Below the pieces are notes generated by a model. It was not told the DNA's origin and made no database searches. It worked only from the letters and a program-made list of their open reading frames with translations. Made by a program: the position numbers and the translations under genes. A stretch of DNA of 24,698 bases, taken from a virus (Duplodnaviria; Caudoviricetes). Below, one piece after another: positions 9,553-16,338 of this stretch. Location of the stretch: positions 1 to 24,698 of the IMG/VR virus record IMGVR_UViG_3300020436_000090, one strand, 5' to 3'. The stretch's first letter is position 1, and the number at the start of each line of letters is the position of its first letter.

Positions 9553-10512
9553 ATGGGCGTTACAGCTAACACTAACGAAACTTACGACGTCACTACAATC
9601 CGAGAGGATTTGCAGGACGCCTTGGTTTCTATTTCACCGACTGAAACTCCGGTCATGTCAGCCATTGGCCGCAAGAACGTGAACAACACCTATTTCGAGT
9701 GGGGCGTTGTTGATTTAGCGGCGGCAGGAGATAACCGCGTTATTGAGGGCGAAGCTGCCCCGGGTAACGACGCTCCGACAAACGCAGTGCGTCAGGCAGG
9801 CTACACGCAGATTTCTGACAAGGTAGTCGAAGTATCCGACACAGCTAACTCTGTGAAGGGCGCGGCAGACGCACAGACAACCGCAAAGCAGATTGCGTAC
9901 AAGCTCAAAGAGCTAAAGCGCGATATGGAAAAGATGCTTTGTGACAACGTCGCCGCATCAGCTGGCGCGTCTGGTACTGCAAGACAGACAGCTGGTCTGC
10001 CTGCATATCTGCGCACAAATGCTGATCGTGCCAGTGATGGTGCAGACGGCACTACGTCAGGCAGTGGCACGGCAGGCTTTATTAACGCCGCTGCGACTGA
10101 TGGCACACAAAGAACTCTGACCGAGACTTTGTTTAAGTCTGTAATCGCAAACTGCTGGACTGCTGGCGCAGAGCCTAGCGTTGTGATTTGTGGGTCAGCG
10201 CAGAAGCAACTTATATCTGCGTTCACTGGCAACGCCACTAAGTTCAAGGACATCACGGACGGTAAGCTGACAACAGCTATCGACATTTATGTCTCAGACT
10301 TTGGGGAATTGCAGATTGTCCCATCTAGGCTCAGTCGAGCACGCGATGTTTTGGTACTTGATCCAAACTACGCGCGAGTTGCCTACCTGTCACCAACCTC
10401 TCAGAAAGAACTCGCACGAACTGGTCACGCAGAACGTCGATTGATTTCTGTGGAGTACGGACTCCAGGTTGACAACGAAGCAGCGCACGGCGTTGTAGCA
10501 GACGTCAGCTAA
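9553..10512 (+). CDS. Major capsid protein (DUF5309/SU10-type family)
   Basis: REDLQD...ISPTETP, YFEW..DL, YTQISDK, LKELKRDME, IDIYVSDFGELQIVP, ELARTG, EYGLQV.NEAAHG; RBS GAGGA. Confidence 0.93.
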   Translation: MGVTANTNETYDVTTIREDLQDALVSISPTETPVMSAIGRKNVNNTYFEWGVVDLAAAGDNRVIEGEAAPGNDAPTNAVRQAGYTQISDKVVEVSDTANSVKGAADAQTTAKQIAYKLKELKRDMEKMLCDNVAASAGASGTARQTAGLPAYLRTNADRASDGADGTTSGSGTAGFINAAATDGTQRTLTETLFKSVIANCWTAGAEPSVVICGSAQKQLISAFTGNATKFKDITDGKLTTAIDIYVSDFGELQIVPSRLSRARDVLVLDPNYARVAYLSPTSQKELARTGHAERRLISVEYGLQVDNEAAHGVVADVS

Positions 10513-10517
10513 GAATT

Positions 10518-10536
10518 GGGGGCTATGCCCCCTTTT
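10518..10536 (+). terminator. Rho-independent terminator after the major capsid gene
   Basis: GGGGGC-TAT-GCCCCC-TTTT. Confidence 0.8.
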
Positions 10537-10552
10537 AAGCAAGTCGCGTTTA

Positions 10553-10642
10553 GGGGCTGGCAGGCAAATACTCCATTTGCCGCACAAGGTACGCGAATTG
10601 GTACAAGTCATGCGCTTGTGTCAGCCCCACCTTTTTATTTTT
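10553..10642 (+). ncRNA. Candidate structured RNA (multi-stem junction followed by a U-tract)
   Basis: GGGGCTG/CAGCCCC closing stem, GGCAAAT/ATTTGCC hairpin, CACAAG/CTTGTG long hairpin, then TTTTTATTTTT. Confidence 0.5.
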
Positions 10643-10666
10643 TGGTCGTATGGCTAGGGGATAGTT

Positions 10667-10945
10667 ATGATCCGAGAAAAGATGCTTGTCGAGGATGGGA
10701 AGCTGCACATCTCAAAAGAACAGAACGTGACTGAGATGCTTGATGCCATACATAACGTTCGCGAGCACTTACCTGAATCCCACGGTGACGCCAAAGGTAG
10801 GTGGGTAGGAAGCATTCCCATGGTTTTGGCAGAGCAGTGGTGTAGAGAGAGCGGCGCGCAAATCGGTACGCAAGAGTATGCCGCTTACGTTAAGCGCAAG
10901 CTGTCTGACCCAGATTATAAAAAACTGGTTATTAAGGGTTACTAA
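10667..10945 (+). CDS. Conserved-type phage hypothetical protein downstream of the capsid gene (92 aa)
   Basis: RBS AGGGGA; VGSIPMVLAEQW...KRKLSDPDY motif typical of post-capsid genes. Confidence 0.8.
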   Translation: MIREKMLVEDGKLHISKEQNVTEMLDAIHNVREHLPESHGDAKGRWVGSIPMVLAEQWCRESGAQIGTQEYAAYVKRKLSDPDYKKLVIKGY

Positions 10946-10963
10946 CCAGGGGGCTAAAAGTGG

Positions 10964-11164
10964 GTGGCAACCGTCTATTTGTACTTGGTTATGGACACAT
11001 ACGTCTATACATGGTCAATCGGTAGCAGAACGCGCTTACAGCCATACCGACTGTGCCGTTACAAAGAGTTGTACAGCACATCTGAACAAACCTATACGTG
11101 GTATTTGCCGTGGCCTCATTCTCGATGTAGCCCCTATGTGATTTACGAGGTGCACGATGATTGA
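10964..11164 (+). CDS. Hypothetical protein (66 aa)
   Basis: GTG start after AGGGGG; overlaps the start of the next gene. Confidence 0.6.
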   Translation: MATVYLYLVMDTYVYTWSIGSRTRLQPYRLCRYKELYSTSEQTYTWYLPWPHSRCSPYVIYEVHDD

Positions 11165-11636
11165 CCCGATTACAGCAGTGGCAGCGGCCACAAAAGCCTA
11201 CGCTGGCGTCAAAGCATTCATTGAGGCTGGTAAGTCTATTGAGGACACATTCCAAGTAGTGGCTAGGTGGCAGGGCCACGCCAGTGACGTTCTTTACGCA
11301 AGCCAAAGACAAAAAAAGCGCACCAACCCATTCAAGCAAGTAGTATTCGCTCAGTCTGTTGAGGCTGAAGCCAGCGCACTTTTTGCCCACAGGAAATCCA
11401 TTGATCGGCAGCGAGCCGAGATTATCCAACTTCTGCGCTACGCGTATGGCAACGAAGGCGTAGAGGAATATCGCAGATGCATGAAAGAGGTCCAGGCGCA
11501 GCGCGAAAGGGAGGTTTACGCGCAACAAGAAGCAAAAGACGCGGCAGTCAAGGCAACGTGGATTGCAGTCTTAGTGGGCATAGCGGGGTACTTAATTAGC
11601 ATAATTGTAAAAGCGGTAATGAATCGTGGTGCGTGA
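11157..11636 (+). CDS. Membrane-anchored hypothetical protein (159 aa) in the lysis region
   Basis: RBS GAGGTG; MIDPITAVAAA start, coiled-coil and C-terminal TM segment (TWIAVLVGIAGYLISIIV). Confidence 0.8.
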   Translation: MIDPITAVAAATKAYAGVKAFIEAGKSIEDTFQVVARWQGHASDVLYASQRQKKRTNPFKQVVFAQSVEAEASALFAHRKSIDRQRAEIIQLLRYAYGNEGVEEYRRCMKEVQAQREREVYAQQEAKDAAVKATWIAVLVGIAGYLISIIVKAVMNRGA

Positions 11637-11711
11637 AGGATTATTTGTGTGACCTCAAACGTCAATGTTAAGGTGATATACGTTCGACAACTACGCTATA
11701 GGAGCGCCGTC

Positions 11712-12047
11712 ATGAAATACGCACTTGCATTGCTGTTCTCACTCTTCCCAATTTCCCTGTGTGCACAAACAGTTATTTACTATGAAGACGGCTCTGTGTA
11801 CACGCTGCAGCCAAATGAAAACATTTACGTAGAAACCGCGCGCAAAATGTTTACCAAAAAAGGATATAAAAATGGTAACGAGTATTTCACGTTCACTGAG
11901 CCAAGCGACAAGGTAGACTATCAGCCAGAACCATACGATGGATTAGAGCCGGGTTCACCAGAGTGGTGTGAAGCTTACGCCCCATTTCTGCACGCATATG
12001 GGTATACTTTTGACGACCAATTGTATATTCGCAGTTGCGGAGGCTAG
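11712..12047 (+). CDS. Secreted/periplasmic hypothetical protein (111 aa)
   Basis: RBS TAGGAG before the ATG at 11712; signal peptide MKYALALLFSLFPISLCA; two C-terminal Cys. Confidence 0.75.
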   Translation: MKYALALLFSLFPISLCAQTVIYYEDGSVYTLQPNENIYVETARKMFTKKGYKNGNEYFTFTEPSDKVDYQPEPYDGLEPGSPEWCEAYAPFLHAYGYTFDDQLYIRSCGG

Positions 12048-12056
12048 GGGCGCAAC

Positions 12057-12266
12057 ATGGGAGAAGACATGAAACAGGTGGTAGATACGTTTAGCGTAGC
12101 GACGGCGGTCGGCACAATTTTAGAAACACTACCGCCTCTTGCCGCGCTTTTTACGATCATTTGGACGGCCATCCGAATATGGGAAACTGATACCGTTCAG
12201 GATGCATTCCAGAGAAAACGCAAACGAGACGCTAAAGGCCGTTTTATGTCTGAGGATGATGAATAA
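12057..12266 (+). CDS. Small holin-like membrane protein (69 aa)
   Basis: TM segment LPPLAALFTIIWTAIRIWET; basic tail KRKRDAKGRF; coupled to the next gene. Confidence 0.65.
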   Translation: MGEDMKQVVDTFSVATAVGTILETLPPLAALFTIIWTAIRIWETDTVQDAFQRKRKRDAKGRFMSEDDE

Positions 12267-12667
12267 TGTTGCAGGCGTTGATCGGCCCCGTAAGCGGGCT
12301 CCTAGATAAATTCATCCCTGATGCAGACGAGAAAGCGAGGCTTGCACATGAAATTGCAACAATGTCTGAGCGCCATGCGCAAGAACTTGCTAAAGGTCAG
12401 CTGGAAATCAACAAAGCTGAAGCTGCGCACAAGTCGCTATTTGTCGCTGGTTGGAGGCCATTTGTTGGGTGGACTTGCGGTGTCGCTTTGGCTTGGCATT
12501 TTGTCGGCCAGCCTCTTGTTGTTTTTGGCATTGCGGTGGCTGGCGTACAAACCCCTGAGTTACCTGTATTTGAAATGGAAAGCCTACTCACGGTTCTTCT
12601 CGGAATGCTCGGTCTTGGTGGTCTACGAACCTTTGAAAAAACCAAAAGCATAGCGCGAGAGAAATGA
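12266..12667 (+). CDS. Holin (GTA 3-TM holin family)
   Basis: LLDKFIPD..EK, QLEINKAEA.HKSLFVAGWRPFVGW, LLGMLGLGGLRTFEK signature. Confidence 0.88.
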   Translation: MLQALIGPVSGLLDKFIPDADEKARLAHEIATMSERHAQELAKGQLEINKAEAAHKSLFVAGWRPFVGWTCGVALAWHFVGQPLVVFGIAVAGVQTPELPVFEMESLLTVLLGMLGLGGLRTFEKTKSIAREK

Positions 12668-12858
12668 CACCGGAGCAGTTAAATGCCTGGCGAATTATTC
12701 CACGGCTGTTAATGTTCGCCATGATTTTTATGACGTATCGAACCGTTGAATGGTTTATGTCATTGCCCGATCCCAACCCTGAGCAAGCGGCTCTAGTGTC
12801 AGTTATGACCGGCGCGTTAACCGGGTCGTTTGCCGTTTTTCTCGGCAAGAAGGAGTGA
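12664..12858 (+). CDS. Small two-TM membrane protein (64 aa)
   Basis: WRIIPRLLM...WFMSLPDP..EQAALVSV; ATGA overlap; lysis cluster. Confidence 0.75.
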   Translation: MTPEQLNAWRIIPRLLMFAMIFMTYRTVEWFMSLPDPNPEQAALVSVMTGALTGSFAVFLGKKE

Positions 12859-13214
12859 GCTACTTCAGCGACAAAGAACTGCGCTGCCAGTGCGGTTGTG
12901 ATGAGCTAGTTTTTGACCCAGCAGTCAGATCATATCTAAACGCTATTCGTGAAGAATTAGGCTTTCCGCTACCAATAACGTCTGGGTACAGATGTGAGTT
13001 ACATCCCATAGAGGCGCGTAAAGAGCGTCCCGGGGCGCACACGACCGGCAAAGCCGTAGATATAGGTGTAAGCCGTGAACAGGCTCACAAGCTCATACAA
13101 ACAGCCATAAAGCATGGTTGCCCGCGTATTGGTGTAAATCAGAAGGGTAACGGCAGATTCATACACCTGGATTGGGACACTGATCGACCGCATCCGACTG
13201 TCTGGTCGTACTGA
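12855..13214 (+). CDS. Endolysin, peptidase M15A (D-Ala-D-Ala carboxypeptidase-like)
   Basis: YFS..EL.CQCG, ITSGYRC, GAHTTGKAVDI, FIHLD motifs. Confidence 0.9.
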   Translation: MSYFSDKELRCQCGCDELVFDPAVRSYLNAIREELGFPLPITSGYRCELHPIEARKERPGAHTTGKAVDIGVSREQAHKLIQTAIKHGCPRIGVNQKGNGRFIHLDWDTDRPHPTVWSY

Positions 13215-13384
13215 TGGAGGAATGCGCCCCTAACCAGGTGGAGTCGGCCCTCGATGGCGTTTGGGAGATTCTGGCCCTACATCCTTGGGATTTAATCTAC
13301 CTGTCCATTCCAATGAGTATTCTGGCGTTCTACGTTCTGTCTATCTACGCCGCCTTTAAGTGGCTGCAGAAAAAGTATTCCTAG
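13214..13384 (+). CDS. Small single-TM protein (56 aa; not in the ORF track)
   Basis: TGATG overlap; MEECAPNQVESALDGVWEILALHPWDLIYLSIPMSILAFYVLSIYAAFKWLQKKYS*; fills the gap to the terminator. Confidence 0.65.
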   Translation: MEECAPNQVESALDGVWEILALHPWDLIYLSIPMSILAFYVLSIYAAFKWLQKKYS

Positions 13385-13399
13385 AGGTTGGAGGACCTC

Positions 13400-13422
13400 G
13401 GGGGCGTAAGCCCCCTTTTTTT
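13400..13422 (+). terminator. Strong rho-independent terminator ending the late/lysis operon
   Basis: GGGGGC-GTAA-GCCCCC-TTTTTTT, preceded by a GAGGT/ACCTC hairpin at 13384-13399. Confidence 0.9.
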
Positions 13423-13469
13423 GCCCAAATCAAGGGGCGAAATAAATCCATTTAATTACCCCCAAACTG

Positions 13470-13497
13470 TTGCACCGCACTCCTATTGTGTTAATAT
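13470..13497 (+). promoter_or_regulatory. Early sigma70-type promoter P1
   Basis: TTGCAC (13470-13475), 16 bp, TGn-TAATAT (13492-13497); AT-rich upstream element. Confidence 0.65.
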
Positions 13498-13537
13498 ATA
13501 CGTGTTGAGTTAATTAATACACGTATGGAGATATGAC

Positions 13538-13708
13538 ATGAAGGTAGTTATTAAAGAGAACGCTAAATATCAAATCACCTTTGAGTGGGTGCGTGAAAGC
13601 CGCGAAGTCACTACTGAGTGGCTGTCTGCAAAAGACGCGAGAAACCTGATTGATCTTTGCAATGCCAACCCGATCAGAATTGGGGACATAAAGGAGAAGG
13701 CCGCGTAA
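13538..13708 (+). CDS. Early hypothetical protein, cassette 1 (56 aa; not in the ORF track)
   Basis: RBS GGAG; MKVVIKENAKYQITFEWVRESREVTTEWLSAKDARNLIDLCNANPIRIGDIKEKAA*. Confidence 0.75.
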   Translation: MKVVIKENAKYQITFEWVRESREVTTEWLSAKDARNLIDLCNANPIRIGDIKEKAA

Positions 13709-13714
13709 GCGGCC
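13698..13714. repeat. 17-bp palindromic repeat AGGCCGCGTAAGCGGCC, copy 1
   Basis: Exact match to copies at 13976 and 14460; contains GCC GCG TAA. Confidence 0.95.
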
Positions 13715-13734
13715 CTTATCAGGGAGAAAACAAA

Positions 13735-13986
13735 ATGAGCAATTACACCGACCTCGAGCTAAAAGTTTTTGAGAACATTCGCCGCCAGCTACACGACGGC
13801 AATGAAATGATCGACCATCTGATGCTGATTGACTTTGATGACGATCCCAAAGAGATGCGCGGCGCTATTGCATCGTTGGTTAAGAAAATGGCGATCGACA
13901 TCGATTATGACTACGGTTCCCGCATCAACGGAACCATGCACTATCCCGTCACCGTTTGGGATGAAAAAATGATTGAGGCCGCGTAA
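13735..13986 (+). CDS. Early hypothetical protein, cassette 2 (83 aa, possible winged helix)
   Basis: RBS AGGGAG; MSNYTDLELKVF...EMRGAIASLVKKMAI...MIEAA*. Confidence 0.8.
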   Translation: MSNYTDLELKVFENIRRQLHDGNEMIDHLMLIDFDDDPKEMRGAIASLVKKMAIDIDYDYGSRINGTMHYPVTVWDEKMIEAA

Positions 13987-13992
13987 GCGGCC
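13976..13992. repeat. 17-bp palindromic repeat, copy 2
   Basis: AGGCCGCGTAAGCGGCC spanning the stop codon of the 13735 gene. Confidence 0.95.
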
Positions 13993-14014
13993 CCAGCCAA
14001 GGGAAGACAATAGA

Positions 14015-14470
14015 ATGGGACTGCATGATTATCACGTTATAGAGTGGACGCACAAGGCAGTACACGGCGGCATGATGGTATGTTCACACCCTGCCTACTC
14101 GGACAGCCGGAATTGCACGGTACGCGCCTTGCGCGATGCCCTGGGCATTCACCTGATTACTGCATATGTGCTTATGCTCAAGCAGGGACGCCAACACGGT
14201 CGCGGTCTGCAGCCCCGAGTGACCGCTCAATATTACCGCAACATCGCCGGCGAGTTGGGGTACAGCTATAACAAGCTCAGTGGTCGTGACGCACAACGTG
14301 ATTACGGTCGCACTATCGTCACAGCACAGCGTTCATTGTCCTCACACCAGCGCGTCGTGTTTGGCGTTCGAGGCCATGTGGTTGGTTTCTACAACGGCAC
14401 CACTACCGACTGGGCTGACAACCGCCGACATCGCGTCAAGTCGGCGCACATCTTCAAGCAGGCCGCGTAA
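14015..14470 (+). CDS. Early protein, cassette 3 (151 aa), possible papain-like Cys-His-Asp enzyme
   Basis: RBS AAGGGA; NCTVRAL, GHVVGFYNG and TDW motifs; ends FKQAA*. Confidence 0.75.
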   Translation: MGLHDYHVIEWTHKAVHGGMMVCSHPAYSDSRNCTVRALRDALGIHLITAYVLMLKQGRQHGRGLQPRVTAQYYRNIAGELGYSYNKLSGRDAQRDYGRTIVTAQRSLSSHQRVVFGVRGHVVGFYNGTTTDWADNRRHRVKSAHIFKQAA

Positions 14471-14476
14471 GCGGCC
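14460..14476. repeat. 17-bp palindromic repeat, copy 3
   Basis: AGGCCGCGTAAGCGGCC followed by TTT. Confidence 0.95.
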
Positions 14477-14522
14477 TTTACTCAAAACGTGACGCGTAAA
14501 GCGACAGGTTAACCAAAGCGGG

Positions 14523-14551
14523 TTGCACGATTATCCTGCTGCGTTTACACT
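14523..14551 (+). promoter_or_regulatory. Early sigma70 promoter P2
   Basis: TTGCAC-17 bp-TACACT; same -35 hexamer as P1. Confidence 0.75.
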
Positions 14552-14557
14552 GGCCAA

Positions 14558-14573
14558 TGTTCTACGTGGAACT
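14558..14573. promoter_or_regulatory. parS-like palindrome or operator
   Basis: TGTTCTACGTGGAACT versus parS-type TGTTCCACGTGGAACA (14/16 identical). Confidence 0.6.
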
Positions 14574-14584
14574 AAGGGGAAATT

Positions 14585-14947
14585 ATGAAAGTGTTAATCA
14601 AGATAGAGGTAGGCTCTACCGGGCAAGCAAAGGCGTTTGACGCCGACATGTCAGAGATGCGCGTTGACGCGCGTTGTGAGGAAGAACTGGCATTTAGCCG
14701 TTACTTTTTAGGTGCGCACATCGCTGACGTTGTAGATGAGACGACTGCGCTCTTGGAGGTCGATCACGGTGACATCGCAATGTTGTATGACCGCATCGAG
14801 CACACCCAGCATTACGAGGCGCATGGCATAAAGTTCACTGCCAAAGGTGTTGAGATAGCGCGTGTTCATAAAGCGACCTGGATGGGTTACAAAATTCAGA
14901 ACGCGATGGATGTTGCGGATCATTTTGAGGAGTATGAGTTGTCATGA
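14585..14947 (+). CDS. Hypothetical protein (120 aa)
   Basis: RBS AAGGGGA; first gene after P2. Confidence 0.8.
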   Translation: MKVLIKIEVGSTGQAKAFDADMSEMRVDARCEEELAFSRYFLGAHIADVVDETTALLEVDHGDIAMLYDRIEHTQHYEAHGIKFTAKGVEIARVHKATWMGYKIQNAMDVADHFEEYELS

Positions 14948-15381
14948 GCAATATGGGTACATATCTGTTAGACATCGAGCTAGGTTACGAAGAAATGCCA
15001 GATTCATGGAAGGCGCAGCGCGAAGAGCAGTCCGGTATTGCAATCGTGCGCCCTACTTTAGACTGCAATGGTACTGCGTTGCAGGGCAGCATTGAGTCAA
15101 GCCTAGACGAGTTGGTTGGTGCGTTCGGACAGTGCGCGTGGACTAGCAACGACCCAGAAAGCAAGGTGTCGCACTGCTGGGAAATCACTTTCCGTCATAC
15201 TGACAAGGGTTGCGTGCGGGCAACGATTTACGATTGGAAGCAACATGATGGCGGGTCGCGTGTTAACAGTAACGCGACAATGTCATATAATGTCGGTGGC
15301 GATAGTCAATGTGCGGTTGACTGCGTTTTGGAGTGGTTGTCAAAAAGGGGAAAAACAAATGAGCGTACCAGCTGGAATTAA
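14944..15381 (+). CDS. Hypothetical phage protein (145 aa)
   Basis: RBS GAGGAG nearby; ATGA overlap; LQG...LV.AFG, ATIYDWK and YNVGG motifs common in phage early proteins. Confidence 0.75.
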   Translation: MSNMGTYLLDIELGYEEMPDSWKAQREEQSGIAIVRPTLDCNGTALQGSIESSLDELVGAFGQCAWTSNDPESKVSHCWEITFRHTDKGCVRATIYDWKQHDGGSRVNSNATMSYNVGGDSQCAVDCVLEWLSKRGKTNERTSWN

Positions 15382-16132
15382 AACAATGTTGGCGTCGATT
15401 GGTATTGATGCTGACGCGGAGAGAAGCCTACCTAAGTCAGCACAGTCGTGCTGGGAAGTGCGCCCGGGAGTATGGGCGATTAAGCACAAAGCCATTGAGC
15501 GTCTTGCAGAGCATCACAACATTCAGTTTTCAGAGCCCGCGCAAGTCCATGCAGACATGGCGACCGGCTCAGTAGCGTTTTACGTGACCGGGACTATGGG
15601 CGATGGTGGGCGCAGCGAATGGTCATTCGGTGAGGCGTCACCCGCCAACATCAAGGCACAGTATCCTTTTGCAATGGCTGAGAAGCGGGCCAAGGACCGC
15701 GTTGTACTCAAGCTGTTAGATGTGCATGGAGATGCATATACAGAAGAGGAGGCTGACGATTTTGTTAACCGAGAGTGGACGATCCTCTACAAAACTTTGC
15801 GCCGCATGATGGCAAGTGACGACGATGGCTTAACCTTCCTTTCGTGGCGCAAGGATGTAACTGATGAAGAGTATATCCAGGCATTTAACTGCGCGCCTAA
15901 GAGCAAGAAAACAGCATTTAAGGATGCGTGTCGCACGCTAGAGGCTAAGGGTGTTAAGATGGCGCAGGATTTACGTCAAAGGTTTGAATCACTGGTCGAC
16001 AAGCGCGATACGTTAGGCGCTACACAAGCGTGGGATGAAATGCCGCAGTGGTTACAAGTTGACGCTGCAAATGGTTTGTCTCCAGAGCGCCTAAGCAAGT
16101 GGAACGAAATTCAAGAGGAAATGGAGCAATGA
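15359..16132 (+). CDS. Putative ssDNA-annealing protein/recombinase (Rad52-like, 257 aa)
   Basis: RBS AAAAGGGG before the ATG at 15359; EWSFGEASP.N..YPFAMAEKRAKDRVVLKL...Y.EEEADDF motif; close to ssb. Confidence 0.6.
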   Translation: MSVPAGIKTMLASIGIDADAERSLPKSAQSCWEVRPGVWAIKHKAIERLAEHHNIQFSEPAQVHADMATGSVAFYVTGTMGDGGRSEWSFGEASPANIKAQYPFAMAEKRAKDRVVLKLLDVHGDAYTEEEADDFVNREWTILYKTLRRMMASDDDGLTFLSWRKDVTDEEYIQAFNCAPKSKKTAFKDACRTLEAKGVKMAQDLRQRFESLVDKRDTLGATQAWDEMPQWLQVDAANGLSPERLSKWNEIQEEMEQ

Positions 16133-16338
16133 AAGTAAAAATTGTTTTCGATGTTGACGCGGGGGCGCGGCGCGACATCAATAATTATTTTGGTAGGGAG
16201 GGCAGGGCTTCACACGCTGAAGTTGCATCTTTTATTGAACTGCAGACTAAGGCGCTGTTTGAGTCCATAGCTCAAGACGATCACATTGAATACGATAGCG
16301 CTAGCGGCATCTTATATATGGGCGGGGGTAAAGAATGA
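16129..16338 (+). CDS. Hypothetical protein (69 aa)
   Basis: ATGA overlaps on both sides; GGAG RBS. Confidence 0.7.
   Translation: MKVKIVFDVDAGARRDINNYFGREGRASHAEVASFIELQTKALFESIAQDDHIEYDSASGILYMGGGKE

Noticed and set aside
9801-10286. 161-aa minus-strand ORF
   Set aside because: Antisense to the major capsid gene
10553-10642. Possible tRNA (GTA loop suggests Tyr)
   Set aside because: No T-loop consensus, D-loop, cloverleaf spacing or CCA
10516-10734. 72-aa + ORF after the capsid gene
   Set aside because: TTG start inside the terminator; crosses the structured element and overlaps a better gene
10989-11528. 179-aa minus-strand ORF
   Set aside because: Antisense to two coupled + strand genes that have good RBSs
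12321-12653. 110-aa alternative-frame ORF inside the holin as a possible embedded spanin or antiholin
   Set aside because: No RBS or lipobox; its hydrophobic stretch can arise from T-rich TM codons of the holin
13657-14014. Upstream extensions of track ORFs starting at 13657 and 13973
   Set aside because: They overlap upstream genes and repeats; RBS-supported starts are 13735 and 14015
13698-14476. CRISPR array interpretation of the three repeats
   Set aside because: Repeats are only 17 bp, the spacers are whole genes (261 and 467 bp), and no cas genes are present
15116-15358. N-terminal extension of the 338-aa ORF
   Set aside because: Overlaps the 14944 gene; RBS supports 15359
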